Positions 58,619 through 64,000 of a stretch of DNA of 64,000 nt are shown here, piece after piece. The stretch covers positions 416,001 through 480,000 of the forward strand of contig CAVYGB010000010.1 of NCBI GenBank assembly GCA_963767925.1, read 5' to 3'. Position 1 is the stretch's first letter. Every line of letters starts with the position of its first letter. Source of the DNA: an uncultured delta proteobacterium (GTDB lineage Bacteria > Myxococcota_A > Polyangia > Fen-1088). The notes beneath the pieces are model-generated. The model saw only the letters and a program-made list of their open reading frames with translations. It made no database searches and had not been told where the DNA came from. Position numbers and translations under genes: made by a program.

Positions 58619-58714
58619 TGGTCAGCGCGTTGCACCAGGGGCTGTTCTCCCAAGTAGTCGGGTTCCCTCGGGGGACCAGGTCATTGACCACGTTCGTGGG
58701 ATCCGTCTGCCCAC

Positions 58715-59524
58715 CTATCCAGGGCCACCATCCGCCGGGCCGCCAGCACACACGCCGGTTATGGCTCTGGTTCGGTAGTGGAGGGTGACGGCACCGCCCC
58801 GTTGGTGCGATCGGAATATCGCGGCCAGCTCCTTCGTCAACAGGGTGACCAGCGGGTCGGGGCCGCCGGGCGCATAGGAGGCCGACAAGAATAGCGCCAG
58901 GAAGCCCTCCTCCCCCAGGGCATGCTGGTGGTCGAAAAGGGCCTGGTGCAAGGTGGCACCATCGGGGACCACGGCCCGGACAAGCTCGGCTGCGGTGGGC
59001 GGCTCAGCGGTCTTCCTGGTCACGTATGCCGGGACCAGCGCGGAGAGCGCGCCGTCGGCTGCCCGGACAACTTCGCTGGGAACCAGCGTGTTCCAGAGAA
59101 AGAGCAGAGTACCGCCGGGGCGCAGAATTCGCCCAAATTCCTGGCGCGCGCGATCGAGCTCGAACCAATGCAACGCCTGCCCGACCGTGATGGCCTCGAC
59201 CGAGGAGTCCGGCAGCCCTGTGTGTTCCGCGCTGCCGGCCGTGGAGCGATAGCCGGGATGATGGCCGTGACGGCGATCGGACCGACCGCGCATCGCGGGA
59301 CTCGGCTCCACGGCGACGACCTGGTATCCCCGCGACAGCAGCATGGCGCTCAGGATACCGGTGCCGGCACCCACGTCGGCGATGCTTGCCGCGCCCCGCA
59401 CGCTACCCGGCCGGCAAAGCTGGTCCAGAGCGGCAGCCGCGTAGTCCGGCCGTCCCAGGTCGTATGCCTCCGCCCGATCGGCGAAGCGATCGGCCGGCCT
59501 AGACAAGCCTGAAGTCTGACCCAA
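58715..59524 (-). CDS. Class I SAM methyltransferase
   Basis: RFADRAEAYDLGRPDY, ADVGAGTG, VEPS, GQALHWF, ILRPGG. Confidence 0.88.
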   Translation of the reverse strand: MGQTSGLSRPADRFADRAEAYDLGRPDYAAAALDQLCRPGSVRGAASIADVGAGTGILSAMLLSRGYQVVAVEPSPAMRGRSDRRHGHHPGYRSTAGSAEHTGLPDSSVEAITVGQALHWFELDRARQEFGRILRPGGTLLFLWNTLVPSEVVRAADGALSALVPAYVTRKTAEPPTAAELVRAVVPDGATLHQALFDHQHALGEEGFLALFLSASYAPGGPDPLVTLLTKELAAIFRSHQRGGAVTLHYRTRAITGVCAGGPADGGPG

Positions 59525-60473
59525 GAGCCACCTCCTGACCGCGGGGAACCTCCAGCACCAGCGTCCTTCTCCGGCCGCCCGACGACGACAACACGATCGA
59601 AAATGCCGACCTCAGCCCGGCCAAGGACACCTGGAACGCCTGCCACCTGCCCCACACCCCCTCGCGGAGTTTACGTCGGGCGAGGTCCAAGCAGCGGCGC
59701 CATACCAGCCGGGCCATGCCGATCCGACCTAGCTGCAGACGTTGAGCGATGAGGTGACGCTGCTTGATCAAGGGACGTACGTGGTTCAGGGCAAAGATGA
59801 CAGCTCCGTTCCTCCTGGTAGCCTGAGCCTGGTGCCGTCTGTACCGCACCAGGGCCTCTGGAACCAGGCCGAACCTGGCCCCCGAGGCGGCTGCCCTCAA
59901 CCAGAGTCCATAGTCGTCGTCATAGGCACTCCCCTGAACGACACGATCTCGTTGCCAGCCGCCACACTCGACGGCTAGCTGTCTCCGCATCATCACCGTC
60001 GAGGGCGATGCGAAGAAGCCCTTCACGAGTGATTCGAATGGATGCTTGGGATTGAACTGACGGCGATAGTACGTCCGGGTGTTGGGCCTGGAGTCATCGC
60101 CCCAGAAGTTCTCCTTCTCGCAGAAGACGAAGTCCAGCCGGCCTTGCAGGGAGCGAATCAACTCGACCTTCCTCTGCAGCTTGTCCATCCGCCACAGATC
60201 GTCGTGATCGAGGAAGGCCACCCAGTCTCCCCGGGCCTGCGCCAGGCCCAGATTCCGGGCGGCCCCGACCCCCTGGTTCCTCTCGGTCCGGAAAAGCCGG
60301 AGAGAACTTGAGGAAGGCAAATATCGCCGGAGCGGATCGTGGCAGCCGTCGTCAACGACGATTATCTCCAGGGGGGCTGCCGTCTGGGCCATAACACTGG
60401 TCACGGCCTCGCGCACAAAATGGGCGGGGTTGTAAACCGTGACGATGACACTGATGGCGTGCTCGCTTCTCAT
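59499..60473 (-). CDS. GT2 family glycosyltransferase
   Basis: ISVIVTVYN, IIVVDDG, AARNLG, AFLDHDD, DDYGLWLR. Confidence 0.9.
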   Translation of the reverse strand: MRSEHAISVIVTVYNPAHFVREAVTSVMAQTAAPLEIIVVDDGCHDPLRRYLPSSSSLRLFRTERNQGVGAARNLGLAQARGDWVAFLDHDDLWRMDKLQRKVELIRSLQGRLDFVFCEKENFWGDDSRPNTRTYYRRQFNPKHPFESLVKGFFASPSTVMMRRQLAVECGGWQRDRVVQGSAYDDDYGLWLRAAASGARFGLVPEALVRYRRHQAQATRRNGAVIFALNHVRPLIKQRHLIAQRLQLGRIGMARLVWRRCLDLARRKLREGVWGRWQAFQVSLAGLRSAFSIVLSSSGGRRRTLVLEVPRGQEVALGSDFRLV

Positions 60474-60623
60474 GTCTTTCCTCGGCCGCCGGGCGGAACG
60501 CGCCGGATTGTGTCGGCCGGGGGGTGTCGCGCGCAAATCTACTCGAGCCGGACGGCGCGCCGGTGCCGCAAGTTGTTGCATCGCCTGCAGCGCCTCGTTC
60601 GCATATTCATGCTCATAGTCATT

Positions 60624-61768
60624 GTGAATCAGACGCCGGCCTTCTATTTCGACGCCGATCAACTCGAGGCCCTCGCGCAAGAGAAGGCCGAGGCGTTCCG
60701 CACCGCGACCCCGTTCAGGCACCTGGTTCTGGACCAGTTCCTGCCGTCGGAAGTCTTCGGCCTGGTCAGGGATTCGTTCCCCGGCGTCGCTCAGATCCCC
60801 TGGACCCTCTGGGGGCCCGGGATGACGAAGCCCGAAAAGGCACGCCTCCTCAACAAGCTGGGTCAGTCCGACGAACGACACTTCCCGCCGGCGATCCGCC
60901 ACCTCATGGGCGAGCTCAACTCCAACACATTTCTTCTCTTCCTCGAGAAGTTGACGGGCTTCGACCGACTCGTTCCCGATCCGTCCTACCGAGGATGTGG
61001 CCTCCACTCCACGGGCCGGGGCGGCAGACTGATGATTCACACCGACACCAATCGGCACCCTCACGGCAATGACGTGCACCAGATCCTCAATCTGATCTTG
61101 TACCTCAACGAGGACTGGAAAGAGGAATACGGCGGTCAGCTGGAGCTGTGGACCAAGGACCGAAGACCCGCTCGAAAGATCCTGCCAATCGCCAACCGGA
61201 TGGTGCTCTTTCACACCGGAACACGTTCCTTTCATGGTCACCCCGAGCCGGTGGCTTGCCCCGACGGCCGGAGGAGAAACTCCCTGGCGCTCTACTACTA
61301 CACGAGGCACCGGCCATTGGACGAGGAGTACGAGGGCATGCAGCGGGCCGTGCGCTGGGTGTCTACCTCCGAGAACGACCGGGAGATCGCCAGCGCTCTC
61401 CTGGTTCAGGCTCGAGCCGTACTGCTTCAGATCAGCGGAGAACCCGTCGCGCTCCAGGCCAAGCTCTGGCCGTGGAGACTGGGCGACCAGAAGCACGTCC
61501 CGATGGAGCCGTTCGTCTGGGATGCTCTCGAGTCGGCCAGGCGGGAGCGCTTGCATAGAGGCTGGCGTCTTCGGTGCTTCCCGAGGGTTCCGACTACCTC
61601 CCCTTCGCCGGCTTCACGACCAGGGCGGGCGCGGACTTGCTCGATCCAGATACCGTGCTGGCCTTGCTGGGACCGGAGAGCGACGTGCACCTGCTGGTGC
61701 CCGGTTCCCGAACGCTCCGCTTCCTCTGTTACTTCAAGAAGCTTCTCGACCACCTCGTCCCGCGGTGA
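60624..61768 (+). CDS. 2OG-Fe(II) oxygenase with a probable frameshift near 61560
   Basis: PFRHLVLDQF, GCGLH, IHTD (HxD), LILYLN, YGGQLELW, SFHGHP, RNSLALYYY; the tail continues in frame 61574-61768. Confidence 0.82.
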
Positions 61769-61787
61769 TGGCGGTGGCGCATTCCGG

Positions 61788-62594
61788 TCAGACGCGCCTT
61801 GCCAGGAAGGCCATCGAGACGTAGCGCATCTCGAGCACGCCTCCCCGGCGCTCCAGCACGTCCGCGATCGACTGGTAAAGGGGCGCGCGATGCTCCGGCG
61901 AGAGGACCGCGTGGTCCGAATACGTGTCGAGCAGCTCGAGATATCGCGCCGTCGTGTACGTGGTGGTCCACGGATACACCCTGACGTCCACGGCACCGAA
62001 CAGTCCACTCGCGTCGATCTCGCCGACCAGCGCCCGCGTCGTCGCTTCGAGGACATCGTCCCGTCTGGTCGAGCGATCGGCCGGTCGCCAGCGCCGGTAC
62101 GCCGCATCGAGCTCGTCTCGCAAGCCGCCCTCGAACGCTCGTTTCTCGTTCCGGATCACGGCGAGCATGCCATCCGGCGCGAGTACGAGAGCTGGCTTCA
62201 CGTACCGCACCCGCGGATTCACCCAGTGGATCGACTGCGCTGCCATCACGACGTCGAACGGCCGTGCGATGGGCCAGGCCTCGAAGGTCGTTTGCTCGAC
62301 CGTGACGTCGTGACCGGCGACGTTGCGACGCAGGACCGCAGCGAGGCTCCCCGCCGGCTCGAGCGCGACGATCGATGCGCCCTTTCGCGCGAACACGACC
62401 GTCGCCTTCCCGGTACCCGCCCCGATCTCGAGCACGCGTCGGCCAGCCACCGAGATCACGTCGGCGGCGAGCGCCTCCGGGTATGACGGCCGCGAAGCAT
62501 CGTAGCGTTCGGCCCGGGCGTCGAACGACAGGCGCCGGTCCTCGTCGATCTCGGGTGCGCTGGGCGGGTTGACCTGTCGAACCCTGGCCTTCAT
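61788..62594 (-). CDS. Class I SAM methyltransferase
   Basis: FDARAERYDASRPSYP, VLEIGAGTGKAT, AQSIHWV, LLDTYSDH; ATGA overlap with the upstream gene. Confidence 0.88.
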   Translation of the reverse strand: MKARVRQVNPPSAPEIDEDRRLSFDARAERYDASRPSYPEALAADVISVAGRRVLEIGAGTGKATVVFARKGASIVALEPAGSLAAVLRRNVAGHDVTVEQTTFEAWPIARPFDVVMAAQSIHWVNPRVRYVKPALVLAPDGMLAVIRNEKRAFEGGLRDELDAAYRRWRPADRSTRRDDVLEATTRALVGEIDASGLFGAVDVRVYPWTTTYTTARYLELLDTYSDHAVLSPEHRAPLYQSIADVLERRGGVLEMRYVSMAFLARRV

Positions 62595-64000
62595 GCCCAG
62601 CACCCGGGAGAGGAGGCCGCCAGCTCGAGGTAGTCCCACATGTCGCGGAGGTCCGCCCTGACGAGGGTCGCGGCCTCCGGGCTGCGGTGACGGAGGCTCC
62701 GGAACCAGGTCCTGACCCAGAGCAGGACCGCTTCACCCAGCCGCTCCAGGGTCAACCGGGCCAGGTCTTGCGAGCTGGCCAGGTCTGCCAGCTCGGCCAT
62801 CAGGAAGGGCACGTCGCTGATCGGAAAGCGGGTCTCCAGCAAGAAGGAGGCAACCTCGAGCTCGAGGCAGCTGAGCTGACTCTTGCGAAAATAGTAGTTG
62901 CCCCAGCTGGCGTCGGCGTGGAACCGGAGAACTCGGCCCTCAGGGGCAACCTGCCAGTGCCAGCCAGGATGTGAGTAGATGAGAGAGCTGCGCAGCAGCC
63001 GCCCGGTACCTCCCGGGCCGCCCACCTGGGCGGGTACGAGGAGCGTCGGCCAGGTGGGGACGGGGCCACCGTCCAGGCGCTTTGCCCGGAGGGCGTCCAG
63101 CGCGGCCGTCATCTCTGCCCGCAGCGGTCGGGTCAGCCACCTCCCGTCGAGAGACGTCCCGCCCGCGAACAGCCGGCGCCAGTACTGCGCCACCTGTTGC
63201 CTGAGTCGCCGGCGCCCGTCCTGGTCAGACGTTTGGTAGACGCTGCGAAAGCTACGCAGGCCCTGCAGGTGGCGGCTGAGGAGGTATCCGTCGAGGTACC
63301 ACACGGGTGGCTGCAGGAGATCGCAGGACTGGACCCTGGCGAACTCTTCTCGCCCGAACAGGCTCTCGCCCATGAAGCGGGCATGAACAACCGGCTCCCC
63401 TTTCGATCGAAGCACGAACGGCGTCTTGTGGGGGTTGACCAGGTGTCGCGGTCTCCGCGGTACCTCCGGATGATTCCAGGCGCGCCAGCAATGTCCGCCT
63501 TCGTAGCGTGCCGCCAGACCCCGAACCCGCCAGCCGATCTCCAGGTCGCGAGGGTCCCCTTCGAGGTCGGGAACATGTTCCAGTAGACGGGTGATCAGCC
63601 GGGGGTGTTGCTCAGGGAGCAGGAGCTGCCACAGGCGGCGGTCTGCCGCGTCCCGCAACGGGGTCACGCGTCTGAGCGCTCGCCGCTTCCCACCCTCGAT
63701 GAGCTGGATACGGCCCGGCGAGCTCGTCCAGATTGTGCCGCATCCCGACAGCGCGCTCGCTAGCCCCATGACCGTGGCCCCCGTGTCGGCCTGGTCGTCC
63801 ACGATGACGACGTCCCGGCCCCCCACGCAGGCCGCCCGGACCGGCGCCAGCTCTTCGATCGAATAGGAGCGATCTCTTCGGGTCAGCGGCCGTACCGTCG
63901 TGTACGAAAGGTGGCCATCGCCGGCGGCGATACGCGCGGCCCACATCGGCGCGAGGTAACTGCCGCCCGTGCGGATCCCGACCACCACGGGTGCCTCCGC
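62591..64000 (-). CDS. Phosphoribosyltransferase-domain protein with a long C-terminal extension, 5'-partial
   Basis: VVGIRTGGSYLAP and the PRPP-binding loop VVIVDDQADTGAT; frame runs off the window edge. Confidence 0.7.
   Translation of the reverse strand, partial: AEAPVVVGIRTGGSYLAPMWAARIAAGDGHLSYTTVRPLTRRDRSYSIEELAPVRAACVGGRDVVIVDDQADTGATVMGLASALSGCGTIWTSSPGRIQLIEGGKRRALRRVTPLRDAADRRLWQLLLPEQHPRLITRLLEHVPDLEGDPRDLEIGWRVRGLAARYEGGHCWRAWNHPEVPRRPRHLVNPHKTPFVLRSKGEPVVHARFMGESLFGREEFARVQSCDLLQPPVWYLDGYLLSRHLQGLRSFRSVYQTSDQDGRRRLRQQVAQYWRRLFAGGTSLDGRWLTRPLRAEMTAALDALRAKRLDGGPVPTWPTLLVPAQVGGPGGTGRLLRSSLIYSHPGWHWQVAPEGRVLRFHADASWGNYYFRKSQLSCLELEVASFLLETRFPISDVPFLMAELADLASSQDLARLTLERLGEAVLLWVRTWFRSLRHRSPEAATLVRADLRDMWDYLELAASSPGCWA

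Noticed and set aside
1..64000. Numerous long overlapping or antisense ORFs in the track (for example 23845-27555, 39686-42103, 5449-7059)
   Set aside because: Shadow ORFs expected in high-GC DNA: Arg/Gly/Pro-rich or antisense to well-supported genes, with no motifs
1..64000. CRISPR array, tRNA, rRNA, transposase or integrase
   Set aside because: None recognised by eye; tRNAscan, Infernal and CRISPR finders were not run

Overview
Very GC-rich bacterial DNA. The many lipoproteins with Gly/Ser- and DAG-rich linkers suggest Myxococcota, but that is inference. Recognisable content, left to right: a lipoprotein with two truncated-globin domains plus a DUF4394-like domain; a urate/allantoin catabolic operon (hpyO-allB-alc-uraD-uraH plus a CitE/malate-synthase-like orphan); a UvrA2/SRPBCC operon; a ~2200-aa SpvB/FG-GAP/RHS polymorphic toxin with an LHH-like HNH tip and a SUFU immunity gene, sitting between a GT2 and a GT-C gene; secreted GH8 and GH28 proteins with degenerate catalytic motifs; asd; a divergent ilvC-ilvY pair with its operator; a MocR/EamA pair; and a glycosyl/methyl-transferase island at the right end. 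Many accessory genes are internally deleted or truncated, and several carry single-base frameshifts that may be sequencing errors. The most unusual non-coding feature is at 47820-48158: two abutting ~165-bp CTAG-bounded fold-back elements with different ~57-bp arms but a homologous 50-nt core that shows compensatory base changes and tandem G.A pairs, plus a possible collapsed third copy. No rRNA, tRNA, CRISPR array or transposase was recognised. All family calls come from motif recognition by eye, not database searches.
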